56,824 nt of DNA from Thermoplasmata archaeon (GCA_049966015.1 JBMFVL010000002.1:1-56824), one strand, 5' to 3'; shown: positions 1-9,743, counted from the stretch's first letter. Numbers and translations are program-made. Notes: generated by a model from the letters alone, not told the origin.

Positions 1-696
1 AAGGTTACTTATGTTAAAGATTTAACAGAAGAGTATGCATCTGTTACTGTTTGTGGTTTAATTAAAGGCGAATTAGGAAACATGTTTAGTATTGACGATG
101 GGACAGGAAGCATAGAGATTTATTCCTCTGTTCCTGTTGTAGAAGGGAAATATGCTAAAATAATTCATGCTAGGACAATATTGAACGCCAATTATCATAC
201 AATAAGGTTATCTGTAGAGAGATATACAAAAATAGAGTATGATTCCAGTTGCAAACCAGGAAATATTATGGATATAAGCAATTTGAAAGATAAAAAATAT
301 TTTCCAAAATATATTGTTTTGAAAGGGGATATCATAAAAATTGAAAACATTGTTTCATATTATTATTGTTCTGTATGCAGAAAACCATTATCAGGGTATT
401 ATAAATGTGGGCAACATCCAGATAGTGAAGTTGTATCAGAAAAACATGTTAAATGTGTGTTAAATGACAATACCTCAGAAGTTAATGTTACCATACCCTC
501 TAAGCTTATTGATGAACATGAACTTGATGTAAAGAAACTTTTTTATGAAAAAGTATTGTTTAAGAGCACATTAGCAGAATACAGGGTTAGATTAGGTAAC
601 AACATGGAACTTTTTGCTCATAAAATCAAGGTTTTAGATGACGGCGAAGAAATTTCCAACAAAGTTGATATGTTAAGCCAGATTGAGGAGGACTGA
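1..696 (+). CDS. RPA-like ssDNA-binding protein (OB fold + zinc ribbon), 5' end cut by window edge
   Basis: Frame 1 is open from nt 1, with no stop before the Met at 82, so the gene starts upstream of the window. OB-fold-like strand pattern VTVCGLIKGELGNMFSIDDGTGSIEIYS. Zinc ribbon CSVCRKPLSGYYKCGQH, as in euryarchaeal RPA41-type proteins. Confidence 0.6.
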   Translation, partial: KVTYVKDLTEEYASVTVCGLIKGELGNMFSIDDGTGSIEIYSSVPVVEGKYAKIIHARTILNANYHTIRLSVERYTKIEYDSSCKPGNIMDISNLKDKKYFPKYIVLKGDIIKIENIVSYYYCSVCRKPLSGYYKCGQHPDSEVVSEKHVKCVLNDNTSEVNVTIPSKLIDEHELDVKKLFYEKVLFKSTLAEYRVRLGNNMELFAHKIKVLDDGEEISNKVDMLSQIEED

Positions 697-700
697 CTTT

Positions 701-1537
701 ATGAATTTTGTAAAATGGGTCTTAGCAAGGGAATTGAATATCAGCAATAAATATTACATTAAAGACGGATCTACATTTATACTTACACCCTACGGTTCTG
801 TTTTAAATGAAGTATATATTTCTGGAAATATTTCTAGATTTTTAGAAAACCATGACAACAATTTGAATTATACAGGAATTGTAAACGATATAACAGGAGG
901 TGTGTTTTTCAAAATTATACCTTCTAAAATAGATAAAGATATCATTAATGCGCTTATGGATTATAGCGCAGGTAACATTTTAGTTTCAATGGTGGGGGAG
1001 TATATATTGGAGGGAAAGGTTTTTAGTGAAGGCAATGGATCACCGGACTCCTATATTAATGTTAAATCATTAAAAATAATTGATGAAAACCATTATTATT
1101 CATGGTTGTTAAGCGCAATTTTAGACCTTATTAAAAGGATAGATTATTTAATAGATAAGAGCAAGGATAGTACATTAGATAATTTTATTTTTAATGGTAC
1201 TAAACCTAATTTGATACCAGTTGATATAGCAAGAGCAACCTTAAAGGAATATGATGTTAACCCTGACGAAATCCTTTCAATTAAAAAGCAACTTATTTCA
1301 GATACAAAAGAAAAGATTTATGAAATATATTATAACCGCAATGAGGACAAGATACTTGCAGTCAGGGATGCTATTAAAAAAATACATATGGCAGGTGAGG
1401 ATATATCAATAGAGAATTTGAAGAAAATAATTGATTTAGATGATAGGGATTTAAACTTTTGTTTAAAAGTACTTAATTTTGAAGGGGAGATTTTGATTAC
1501 TAAAGCAGGTATTAAAGTAGTTTCAGTTACGGATTAA
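701..1537 (+). CDS. hypothetical protein, possible RPA32-like partner (OB-like N-half, winged-helix-like C-terminus)
   Basis: ATG at 701 is preceded by GAGGAGG (685-691) at 9-nt spacing, so the ORF-track TTG start at 683 is probably an extension. It begins 5 nt after the stop of the RPA-like gene. The C-terminal segment ISIENLKKIIDLDDRDLNFCLKVLNFEGEILITKAG looks like a winged helix. The functional call is context-based only. Confidence 0.4.
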   Translation: MNFVKWVLARELNISNKYYIKDGSTFILTPYGSVLNEVYISGNISRFLENHDNNLNYTGIVNDITGGVFFKIIPSKIDKDIINALMDYSAGNILVSMVGEYILEGKVFSEGNGSPDSYINVKSLKIIDENHYYSWLLSAILDLIKRIDYLIDKSKDSTLDNFIFNGTKPNLIPVDIARATLKEYDVNPDEILSIKKQLISDTKEKIYEIYYNRNEDKILAVRDAIKKIHMAGEDISIENLKKIIDLDDRDLNFCLKVLNFEGEILITKAGIKVVSVTD

Positions 1538-1866
1538 TCTTTTGTATCATCATTATTTTCATTTTCTTCAAGTTCTTCAGGTGGTATGTTTTGGAATAAA
1601 TCCAGGAATGGGGGAAGAAGTTTTCTTCTGCTTAGATAATTTGCTTCTGTTTTCGTATACCTGTACACAATTTCAGCTTTTTCATCTTGATAGGACCATG
1701 GCTTTAATATAACTAGGTCACCATCCCTAACCCACATACGTTTTTTCAATCTACCTGGAATCCTTGCTAGCCTGGTTTTGTTGTCTTCACATATAACCCT
1801 TACCCTTGCACCGCCCATTAATTGTTGAGTAATACCGAATAACTCGTGCTCCTCTTTTTTGGGCAT
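1534..1866 (-). CDS. eif1a: translation initiation factor aIF-1A
   Basis: Near full-length match to the aIF-1A/eIF1A S1-like OB pattern: GGARVRVICEDNKTRLARIPGRLKKRMWVRDGDLVILKPW...YRYTK. Confidence 0.9.
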   Translation of the reverse strand: MPKKEEHELFGITQQLMGGARVRVICEDNKTRLARIPGRLKKRMWVRDGDLVILKPWSYQDEKAEIVYRYTKTEANYLSRRKLLPPFLDLFQNIPPEELEENENNDDTKD

Positions 1867-2033
1867 TGGGACCCTTCTAAGGTTCTCTTCTTTATCATTA
1901 TTATAATTTTTACTCAGTTTACAACACCTTTGTGTCTTTATATATAATCTAATGATATAATAATTTATCTAAATTTTTAAGTAAAATTAATAAAACAAAA
2001 ACAAATGGGTATAATTGGAAGTGCGATATTTGT

Positions 2034-2534
2034 ATGAAAAGTTCAGCAAAAATATCATTTATATTGTCAATGGGTTGCATACTTGAAGCAAGCCTCTTGT
2101 ATGTAGGAATTCAATTGAACACATTTCATTTTAACAACGAACTTTATGTGATTGCACTTTTGGTTATAATTGGGATCGTTTTTGCAGTTTTGGGTTCTAC
2201 TAAGTTTAGTGACCGTGTAAATGCAAAAGATATGATATTAAACATACTTAAAGAAGTTAATAACAATATACAAATTCTGAACACTAATACAGATATGTAC
2301 CCTATGCTTAGTACAGAAGCATACATTTTTAACAAGAGCAACGGTATGCCATCTAACAGAATAATAGATGATGCATATGCAATGGTGTATGATTGGAATC
2401 ATAAATCAGAATTTTCAAAAACACAAAATGCCGTTACTCTTAAAATGCTGAAACCTACTGAAATGAAAGAAAGAAAAATACTTTTGGATAAGCTCAATAA
2501 ATGCAGTAACTTTTTATCAAGGTTAAGATTGTGA
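2034..2534 (+). CDS. hypothetical membrane protein (2 predicted TM helices + soluble C-terminal part)
   Basis: Hydrophobic stretches ISFILSMGCILEASLLYVGI and LYVIALLVIIGIVFAVLG. Ends 5 nt before thyX, so it may be co-transcribed. No recognisable domain. Confidence 0.45.
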   Translation: MKSSAKISFILSMGCILEASLLYVGIQLNTFHFNNELYVIALLVIIGIVFAVLGSTKFSDRVNAKDMILNILKEVNNNIQILNTNTDMYPMLSTEAYIFNKSNGMPSNRIIDDAYAMVYDWNHKSEFSKTQNAVTLKMLKPTEMKERKILLDKLNKCSNFLSRLRL

Positions 2535-2539
2535 TCTAA

Positions 2540-3850
2540 ATGAATAAAAAAATGCGCATATACCTACTAAAGTCACCCTCTATTGAGCATACTGCCGTAA
2601 CTTTTGCAAAATCTTCTAGAAGCCCTGAACCTTTCGATGTTATACTAAAAAGCTTGAGCAACGATTCCGTAGAAAAATTTGGAGAAAAATGGATCGTAGG
2701 TTATGGCCATGCTTCTGTTGCCGAACATGCAGTATTATCAGTTGCTATTGAAAATATTTCTAGGTTGGCAGGGGAACACATTGAATCTTCTAGGCTTGCT
2801 TCGTATACAGAAAAATCCACTCGATTCCAGCATATTGATAAGGATGGTTTTTTTGTACCTGATTACGTAAGTGAAGATTTTTTGTCTGGATATATCAAAA
2901 TATGCAACTCGTTGATGGATTTTTACCAGAAAGCATATAATGTTTTTATTGAACATTTATCGATTAATTCTGAGGATGAAAAAAAAGTTCAAAAAAAAGC
3001 ATTGGACAATGCAAGATATGTACTTCCACTGGCAACCTTGACCAATATAGGGATGACCATAAACGCAAGGGAGATGGAATATTTGATATCTAAACTTTTA
3101 TCTACAAACATTAAGGAGATGGAAAATATTGGGCAGAACCTTAAAACAGTTTCATTGGAAAGTGCACCAACTTTGTTAAAATATGCAAATAAGGATACAT
3201 ATTTGGAATCATTTTCTAAGCTTGATAGTCTTGAAAGCATTAAAGAGCCAGTTTTTTATTCTACTGATTCATTACCGGAACCAAAAATTTTGTTTTATGA
3301 CAAAGAGAAAGTTGGTTATATCAACAATTTTTTGTTATTTCCTCATAACCATGATGATTTTTATGGTCATAACGAGGACGTAATTAAATATGTTTTAGAC
3401 AATATGTTAGAGCATTCAGAATATCCTAGAGAAATGGAACATTTGTATTTTACTTTTGAAGCATTAATTGATGAGGGGGTGTTCTATGAACTCAAAAGGC
3501 ATAGGATGTGTACAATAAGTTCACAAAAGCCTACAATAAGCAATGGTTTTCATATACCGATTTTATTTGAAAAAGCAGGTTTGAAGAAAGAATTTGAAGA
3601 CATATTAAAGGAAGTGAAAACTTTTTATTATTCTTACTTACATAGTTATCCTAACGAAGTGAAGTATGTTATTCCAAATGCTTCTTTGAGAAGAGTTATA
3701 ATTACCTCAAATTTGAGGGAATGGTACCATATAATAAAATTAAGAAGCAAGGTTAATGCACATTTCTCAATTAGAATTTTTGCAAATCAAATAAAGAACG
3801 AGATTTCTCAATTGAACCCTTCTTTAAAGTTTTTATTCGAAAAATTATAA
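2540..3850 (+). CDS. thyX: FAD-dependent thymidylate synthase ThyX, tandem-duplicated (two ThyX-like halves in one chain)
   Basis: The N-half has HASVAEH and SSRLASYTEKSTRF (RxxSxxxxSxR part of the ThyX motif, nt 2786-2827). The C-half has EHLYFTFEALIDEGVFYELKRHRMCTIS (RHR at nt 3497-3505). At 436 aa it is about twice a normal ThyX. Confidence 0.8.
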   Translation: MNKKMRIYLLKSPSIEHTAVTFAKSSRSPEPFDVILKSLSNDSVEKFGEKWIVGYGHASVAEHAVLSVAIENISRLAGEHIESSRLASYTEKSTRFQHIDKDGFFVPDYVSEDFLSGYIKICNSLMDFYQKAYNVFIEHLSINSEDEKKVQKKALDNARYVLPLATLTNIGMTINAREMEYLISKLLSTNIKEMENIGQNLKTVSLESAPTLLKYANKDTYLESFSKLDSLESIKEPVFYSTDSLPEPKILFYDKEKVGYINNFLLFPHNHDDFYGHNEDVIKYVLDNMLEHSEYPREMEHLYFTFEALIDEGVFYELKRHRMCTISSQKPTISNGFHIPILFEKAGLKKEFEDILKEVKTFYYSYLHSYPNEVKYVIPNASLRRVIITSNLREWYHIIKLRSKVNAHFSIRIFANQIKNEISQLNPSLKFLFEKL

Positions 3851-3874
3851 AATTTAATAAAAGGTTTAAATTTT

Positions 3875-6800
3875 TCAAGGTTGCTTTGGCTGGTTATTAA
3901 AGAAGTTGTTGCTTTGCATCTGGTCTGTAGTGCTTTGCTGGTTTACCATTTGTGGGACTTGAGAGTTAGTAACAGGCGTTTTTGGTTTTCTTAACATATA
4001 CATAGCAATTAAACCAAGGATTATTCCTACTACCAATCCCACAATGATGTACATAACAGATGAACTTGAGGATGAAATCGTGCTAGCAGTTGTAGATGTA
4101 GGAATTTTTTGATTGTTTACTGTAATTGATACAGAAGTTGACTTAGATTGCTTAGCATTGCTTACATTATAGTAAATTGTATATGCACCGTTTGGAACAG
4201 AATAGGTGTTGAACACTATATTGGTCATCCCTATTACACTTTTGTTTAATACTGTGCTTCCATTGGAAGATATTATAACCAGATTTGCACTTGTTGCAGA
4301 TCCTGTGTAACCGAACCCAATTGTTACATTACCTGTCAATACACTCCCCGATGTAGGAGAATATAGCGTAGCAGTTAATGCACTTACACTGTTATCTATT
4401 GTTACACTAACACTTGCTGTTTTGGTACTTGTAGAGTTGGACACAGTATACGTTATAGTATATGCACCGTTTGGAACATTGTACGTATTGAACACAACAT
4501 TAGTCATTCCAAGTACATTGGAACTGTATACTGTGCTTCCACTTTGGGAGTTAATGCTCAATGTTGCACTTGTTGCAGAACCAGTATAATTGAACCCTAT
4601 TGTCACATTCCCTGTCAATACTGCTCCCTGTGCAGGAGAGTACAGAGTAGCAGTTAATGGTATTATTGGGGGGGAATACAGTTTAATTAAGGTGACATTA
4701 TTATAACTTGTTTGTCCTGGATTTACAGTGACGCTTGCTGTGGATGATGTATACCCACTTTCACTTACTGTGACAACATACATATATGTAGAGGGGAGAG
4801 ACACACTATAAGCCCCACTAGATGAGACCGTTGGTGAATAGGTTGCTCCTGTTACAGTATTCTGTATATAAACTGTTGCACTTGATGGGGATACTACACC
4901 ACTGATCCACCCATTTATAGGAGTGAGCGATATTGTAGCAGAGTATGCAAATGTACTTATATCAATATTGTTGACCCATGGATTATTGTATGGCATTGAA
5001 ACAGATAAGTTGTATGTTCCCCTTGTTAATGTGTAACTCGTAGTATAAACTGTTTGTTGAGGAGAAAGTATATATGGAGTTGTTGGCACTGCTAACCAGT
5101 TGTCCAACATTACAGTTGGCTGCATTGTATATCTAGATTCAATTGTTAAACTCAATGTGCTTGTTGTTTGTGGAGAATAGGTAAGATTTTCGAACAGGTA
5201 TTGTATTGTATTTAAAGACAATGTTATGTTGATTATTTTTGTTATGTAGTATTGTTCAGAAATTATAATGGTATATGTGCCAGATGGCAAATAGTAGAAC
5301 TCAGAGGTATATAGGTTTTCAGAACCGTTTGGATTGAATATTCCAAGATATGGCAATGTTAAATAGGGTTGTCCATAGAGTGCGTTAATAGCACTGCTTT
5401 CTATGTATACGTTGGCATAAGGGACATTAACGATAGGTACTACCACTTCCGGTACCATATACAACCCAACCCCGCTTATACCCATTAAAACATCTCCACT
5501 ACCATTGTAAATTGCACGATACAATATAGCTGCACCTACCATGTATTGACCTTCAAGCATTGTTTGCCAGTTGTTTATATTGAACAATGGTGTAGATTTT
5601 GTATTTGTACCTTGCCATACCATGATGTTATTGAACCCATTTGTCCACATGGAAAAAGTAACTATATCATTTATGTTTTTTGTAACGTTAAGGACAGTCC
5701 ATGCGAGATTTACATATGGGTTTCTATATACAAGTTCAGTCCAATTACCAGTGGAATTCCTGACTTGTGCTAGACCAACTTCTATGATTCCAAATGAGTT
5801 TACATATACACCTTCACTATCGTAAAGATACACCATATTCATTGCATAATGAGTGCCAGTAAAGGCAGAAGTTGGACCGGTTGGTATTGATAAATTATCC
5901 ACACTCAATATTACACCGTTGTCTGCTAACAGCGGTTGCATTAATTGAGAGTTGCCTAATTGAGACCCCATTACACTATCCTGATAATCAAATATTGATA
6001 CACCATATGGCAACAATACCCATCCGCTTCCATATAGCCCTGCATCAGTATTAGAGTTATTTCCATAGAACATTGTTTCGTACCCGCTTTGCGTTGTGAA
6101 TGAGGAATAATTTGCACCTGGAATAATGTATTGGGTTGGAATCCAGTCCCACGCATCAAAGATAGTAGATGAATTGGTCATGTTATTGTAATAGGAAAGA
6201 TATCCTATTTCAGGTTGCATAGCGCTATATACAGGGGATATCCCTATCCCATTTTGTGGATTAGAACCAGTGCTAAGATTTACATATATAACTTTTGTAG
6301 TACCAGATGATACACCAACCATTATATTTTGGGTTTTATAACCAGATGCATTTACAGTTATTGTGTACTGCCCGGATTCTAATGAAGCATTGAACCATTC
6401 AGTACTTGAAGATGCATAGCTCTTAAACATGTACATACCATTGGCTGTTACTGTAGAATTAGCAGGAGATGTCCTTATCGACACATTTCCGTATGCGTAT
6501 ACAACAACGTATGAGTTTGTATAGGAAGCTATTGTACTACCATTCCACACTTTTACAGTATAATTATATATTCCTGGTTTCATCTTGCCAGTATTACCAG
6601 AATAAGTATTTGAGGATGTGTTTTGCACCGTTGTTCCATTTTGTAAAAATTGGTAACTAATGGTTGTTGGACTGTAATTAAAGGATACACCTAATTTATA
6701 TGTAGATATGCCCGTTGGTGCAAATGAAACAGATGGATACATCAATGCAATTGCAGGGTTGAATCCAGGGATAATATCTCTGGATAAGTTATACATAATA

Positions 6801-8590
6801 GGAGTACCCCACCCGTTTGTAAGGGAATAACCTGGTTTAGCAAAATATTCACCATTTGATCCTATGGTTATTTGATTAAATGGATTATATTTTACAATAT
6901 TACCAGATGGCCCCGTGACATGATTGTTGAAATCGTATGAGAGATTGTATAAGTAAGGTGCTTCATCACCCAAAACATTCTTGGTATATTTTTCAGATAT
7001 TTGGTTTAAAACTGCCCACATACCTGCACTTGCAGGGGAGGCATAACTTGTACCTCCACCACCAGCTACTAGTGCACCCTGGAATACTAATCCATATCCT
7101 GTATATGGATCAGCGTTCAGAGATATATCGGGGTATGCCCTATTAGGGTTTGTAAATCCTAATCCAGCACCATTGTTTGCCAATACCTGCCAAATCGGAG
7201 CGGGGAAATAATCACTGAATCCTCCACCGGAACCAGAGGTATTAAAGTATTGACCTATTATTCCGCCACCCCATGTAGTTTCCATTGCCCTTCCCAGTGC
7301 AATTGAAGTAGGATTGGAACTGTTGATGTACATTAACAATCTTGTACCACCTACAGCTGTAACCCATGGATAACTGGAAGGGATATCACCTACAGGGAAT
7401 GGAGAGAATTCATTTGATCCCCAATCACCAGTTGCTACGAATACAGCTATACCTTCAGTAAACATTTGTTTGAATAATACACTTTCATATGCCATCTCAG
7501 ATTGACTCATTTCTATATCAGGCAATCCATAGGATATTGAAAATACTTTGGCATAAGATTGGGAAGCAGCGTATGCAAACGCATCATCCCATGATGTAGG
7601 AACCGATTTGTTGGTATTTATCATATCTATTTTTGCACCAGGAGCCATGGCACTTGACCATTCTACATCAAGAGTGTTTTCGGTTAAGTCTCCCCCAGAC
7701 TGGTAACCAGGTGCGGTTCCACCATCGATTGGAGTTATGTTGTATTGTGCCTGTGGCAAATTATTGTACTTTTCCCATAACCTCAGATCACTTAAACTTG
7801 GAGTGGATTGTCCATATAGTAAGATTGTTTGACCTGATCCGTTATATCCTAGCTGGTATAACCTGTCCATACCATACGCTTTTGCGATATCATTTTGCAT
7901 GTAATTTAAGGTACCTTGGGCAGGAGCTAGCTTCCCATGATTTTCCAGCTGCTTATCTATATTTCCAAGATAAGGCGTTATCATTGGTATAGGTTGGGTA
8001 AAGTTGGAGAGCCCATCTATTGATTCGATCAATGGGGCATACACTGTTGATAAGCTTGGGTTCTGGGATAGAGAATAATAAGTATGACCCCTGTATGAGT
8101 ATTCATTCATTGTTATTTTGAAATTTTTTTCGAATAAATAAACCGAACCAGAGATCTTTATGCCTAAATTGTTTGGATAAACACCAACAATTGAAAATCC
8201 TTCACTTTTAAAATAACTTTCAATTTGGTATATTTGTGCGTTAGACAGCCCGTACATTGCTTTAAATTGGGTTGGGCTTAACCATTTATGATAATAGGGA
8301 GATTTTTGGTTTTGCAGTTCATTAATATATTGGTTTAATTCACTTTGGTTTTGCGGGTAAAATCCAATAACAACTGTGATTTTTTGGTTGGAAGGCATTG
8401 CGCCTGTCATTTTGGCATATTTCAACACTGGTGGTACCATGCCTTTGAGCTGCATGAATGTAACACCCTCTGGTACTAGAAGAGTATTACTATTGTTTTT
8501 TTGAGTTTGTATAATACTTCCTGTTGTTGAAAATAGCATTACTATCACTACTAAAATGCTTATAATGGATATCCATCCTAATTTCCTCAT
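3875..8590 (-). CDS. membrane-anchored sedolisin (peptidase S53, pro-kumamolisin-like) with a very large beta-rich, sequon-dense surface region
   Basis: N-terminal signal/TM ISIISILVVIVMLF. Pro-kumamolisin-type activation segment (LSPTQFKAMYGLSNAQIYQIESYFKSEGFSIV). Catalytic-serine motif GGGTSYASPA (Ser codon at 7046-7048). Roughly 900 aa of Thr/Ser/Asn/Tyr-rich modules with many N-x-S/T sequons. C-terminal TM VMYIIVGLVVGIILGLIAMYML followed by a basic/Gln-rich tail. Confidence 0.85.
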   Translation of the reverse strand: MRKLGWISIISILVVIVMLFSTTGSIIQTQKNNSNTLLVPEGVTFMQLKGMVPPVLKYAKMTGAMPSNQKITVVIGFYPQNQSELNQYINELQNQKSPYYHKWLSPTQFKAMYGLSNAQIYQIESYFKSEGFSIVGVYPNNLGIKISGSVYLFEKNFKITMNEYSYRGHTYYSLSQNPSLSTVYAPLIESIDGLSNFTQPIPMITPYLGNIDKQLENHGKLAPAQGTLNYMQNDIAKAYGMDRLYQLGYNGSGQTILLYGQSTPSLSDLRLWEKYNNLPQAQYNITPIDGGTAPGYQSGGDLTENTLDVEWSSAMAPGAKIDMINTNKSVPTSWDDAFAYAASQSYAKVFSISYGLPDIEMSQSEMAYESVLFKQMFTEGIAVFVATGDWGSNEFSPFPVGDIPSSYPWVTAVGGTRLLMYINSSNPTSIALGRAMETTWGGGIIGQYFNTSGSGGGFSDYFPAPIWQVLANNGAGLGFTNPNRAYPDISLNADPYTGYGLVFQGALVAGGGGTSYASPASAGMWAVLNQISEKYTKNVLGDEAPYLYNLSYDFNNHVTGPSGNIVKYNPFNQITIGSNGEYFAKPGYSLTNGWGTPIMYNLSRDIIPGFNPAIALMYPSVSFAPTGISTYKLGVSFNYSPTTISYQFLQNGTTVQNTSSNTYSGNTGKMKPGIYNYTVKVWNGSTIASYTNSYVVVYAYGNVSIRTSPANSTVTANGMYMFKSYASSSTEWFNASLESGQYTITVNASGYKTQNIMVGVSSGTTKVIYVNLSTGSNPQNGIGISPVYSAMQPEIGYLSYYNNMTNSSTIFDAWDWIPTQYIIPGANYSSFTTQSGYETMFYGNNSNTDAGLYGSGWVLLPYGVSIFDYQDSVMGSQLGNSQLMQPLLADNGVILSVDNLSIPTGPTSAFTGTHYAMNMVYLYDSEGVYVNSFGIIEVGLAQVRNSTGNWTELVYRNPYVNLAWTVLNVTKNINDIVTFSMWTNGFNNIMVWQGTNTKSTPLFNINNWQTMLEGQYMVGAAILYRAIYNGSGDVLMGISGVGLYMVPEVVVPIVNVPYANVYIESSAINALYGQPYLTLPYLGIFNPNGSENLYTSEFYYLPSGTYTIIISEQYYITKIINITLSLNTIQYLFENLTYSPQTTSTLSLTIESRYTMQPTVMLDNWLAVPTTPYILSPQQTVYTTSYTLTRGTYNLSVSMPYNNPWVNNIDISTFAYSATISLTPINGWISGVVSPSSATVYIQNTVTGATYSPTVSSSGAYSVSLPSTYMYVVTVSESGYTSSTASVTVNPGQTSYNNVTLIKLYSPPIIPLTATLYSPAQGAVLTGNVTIGFNYTGSATSATLSINSQSGSTVYSSNVLGMTNVVFNTYNVPNGAYTITYTVSNSTSTKTASVSVTIDNSVSALTATLYSPTSGSVLTGNVTIGFGYTGSATSANLVIISSNGSTVLNKSVIGMTNIVFNTYSVPNGAYTIYYNVSNAKQSKSTSVSITVNNQKIPTSTTASTISSSSSSVMYIIVGLVVGIILGLIAMYMLRKPKTPVTNSQVPQMVNQQSTTDQMQSNNFFNNQPKQP
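4100..4657 (-). repeat. two tandem 279-nt (93-aa) Ig-like repeat units inside the sedolisin gene
   Basis: The protein units LTATLYSPAQGAVLTGNVTIGFNYTGSATSA... and LTATLYSPTSGSVLTGNVTIGFGYTGSATSA... start 279 nt apart, with Leu codons at 4657 and 4378. The nucleotide copies have diverged but are clearly alignable, e.g. ATATGCACCGTTTGGAAC at 4181 and 4460. Confidence 0.85.
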
Positions 8591-8602
8591 ATAAATACCT
8601 CT

Positions 8603-8628
8603 ATTGGTTATCGAATAATATAACCAAT
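8603..8628. promoter_or_regulatory. perfect 9-bp inverted repeat (ATTGGTTAT-N8-ATAACCAAT) just upstream of the sedolisin RBS and start
   Basis: Arms at 8603-8611 and 8620-8628 are exact reverse complements. On the coding (-) strand the element sits immediately 5' of AGAGGT (SD-like) and the ATG at 8590. Confidence 0.35.
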
Positions 8629-8888
8629 CGTTTTATTAAAATGTTATGTTAAGATTGTATGTGTTAACTTTTCTCTTGCTTATTGAGTAGATAGTATTCC
8701 AACACCGTAAGATATATACATATTGAAATTTTTTGTTTACACAATCATTTTACTATGCCTATATCGTGTAAATCAATATAATACATATGTATCTCTATTT
8801 TTGAATAATATCACATTTACCTTGCAAATAAAAATGTATGAAAATATTTTAAACTAGTTTGCGTATAAAGAGGATGGGATTGATTTTA

Positions 8889-9743
8889 ATGTCAGAAAAA
8901 ATTGAAGAAATAATTAGTAACATTCTTGATATTGGTATAGAAATAAGACATAAAATACCATATTATACTACACCGACTAACAAAAAAAATATTTTTGGTG
9001 ATGATCAAAAAGCTTTGGATGTTATATCAAATGAGATATTTATTGAAAAATTCAAAAATAGCAAAATTGTGGGAAAGTTGGCGTCAGAAGAGATGGAGGA
9101 TATTAAGGATGTAGGACTTGGGGAGTACTATCTATCTTTCGATCCACTAGATGGGTCGTCCAATATCGAAACCAATAATTTGATAGGCACCATTGTGGCA
9201 ATATTTAAAGGGGATTATAAAATAACTTCCCTTGTCGCTTCTATGTATATACTATATGGACCATCTACAACAGCAGTAATTGCAAACAACAATGAAGTCA
9301 ATGAATACATATTAGATGAATCAACTAAGGAATGGAAACTAAAAACAAAAAATATGAGGTTTCCAGCCAAAGGATGGGTTTATGGAATAGGTGGATTGAA
9401 AACTTCATGGCCATTATGGTTATCACGATTTGAAGCTAGCGTTCTTTCAAAATATAAACTAAGATATGGGGGGGCATTGGTAGGAGATTTTAATCAGGTT
9501 ATGCATTACGGAGGTTTTTTTGCTTACCCTGAACTGGTAGATAAACCCAATGGCAAGTATAGGGCATACTTTGAGTCCATACCTTTAGCACTCATTTCTA
9601 AATACGCAGGAGGCACTGGAACAGATGGAAACATTGATCTGTTGAACAAAGAGTATAAAAGTGTTAACGATGTTGTCCCTACCTATCTGGGCAATATAGA
9701 ACTTATTAACGAAATGGTAAAATATAAAAATCAGTATAAATAA
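8889..9743 (+). CDS. fbp: fructose-1,6-bisphosphatase, class I type
   Basis: Class I FBPase motifs FDPLDGSSNIETNN and GKYRAYFESIPLALISKYAGGTGTDG. The start is ambiguous: ATG at 8889 is chosen, with in-frame ATG at 8874 and TTG at 8859 also possible. Shorter than typical class I enzymes. Confidence 0.75.
   Translation: MSEKIEEIISNILDIGIEIRHKIPYYTTPTNKKNIFGDDQKALDVISNEIFIEKFKNSKIVGKLASEEMEDIKDVGLGEYYLSFDPLDGSSNIETNNLIGTIVAIFKGDYKITSLVASMYILYGPSTTAVIANNNEVNEYILDESTKEWKLKTKNMRFPAKGWVYGIGGLKTSWPLWLSRFEASVLSKYKLRYGGALVGDFNQVMHYGGFFAYPELVDKPNGKYRAYFESIPLALISKYAGGTGTDGNIDLLNKEYKSVNDVVPTYLGNIELINEMVKYKNQYK

Noticed and set aside
5546-7992. Several 60-119-aa plus-strand ORFs inside the sedolisin gene
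   Set aside because: They are antisense to a long ORF with clear protease motifs. They have low-complexity or odd composition and no start context, as expected for chance ORFs.
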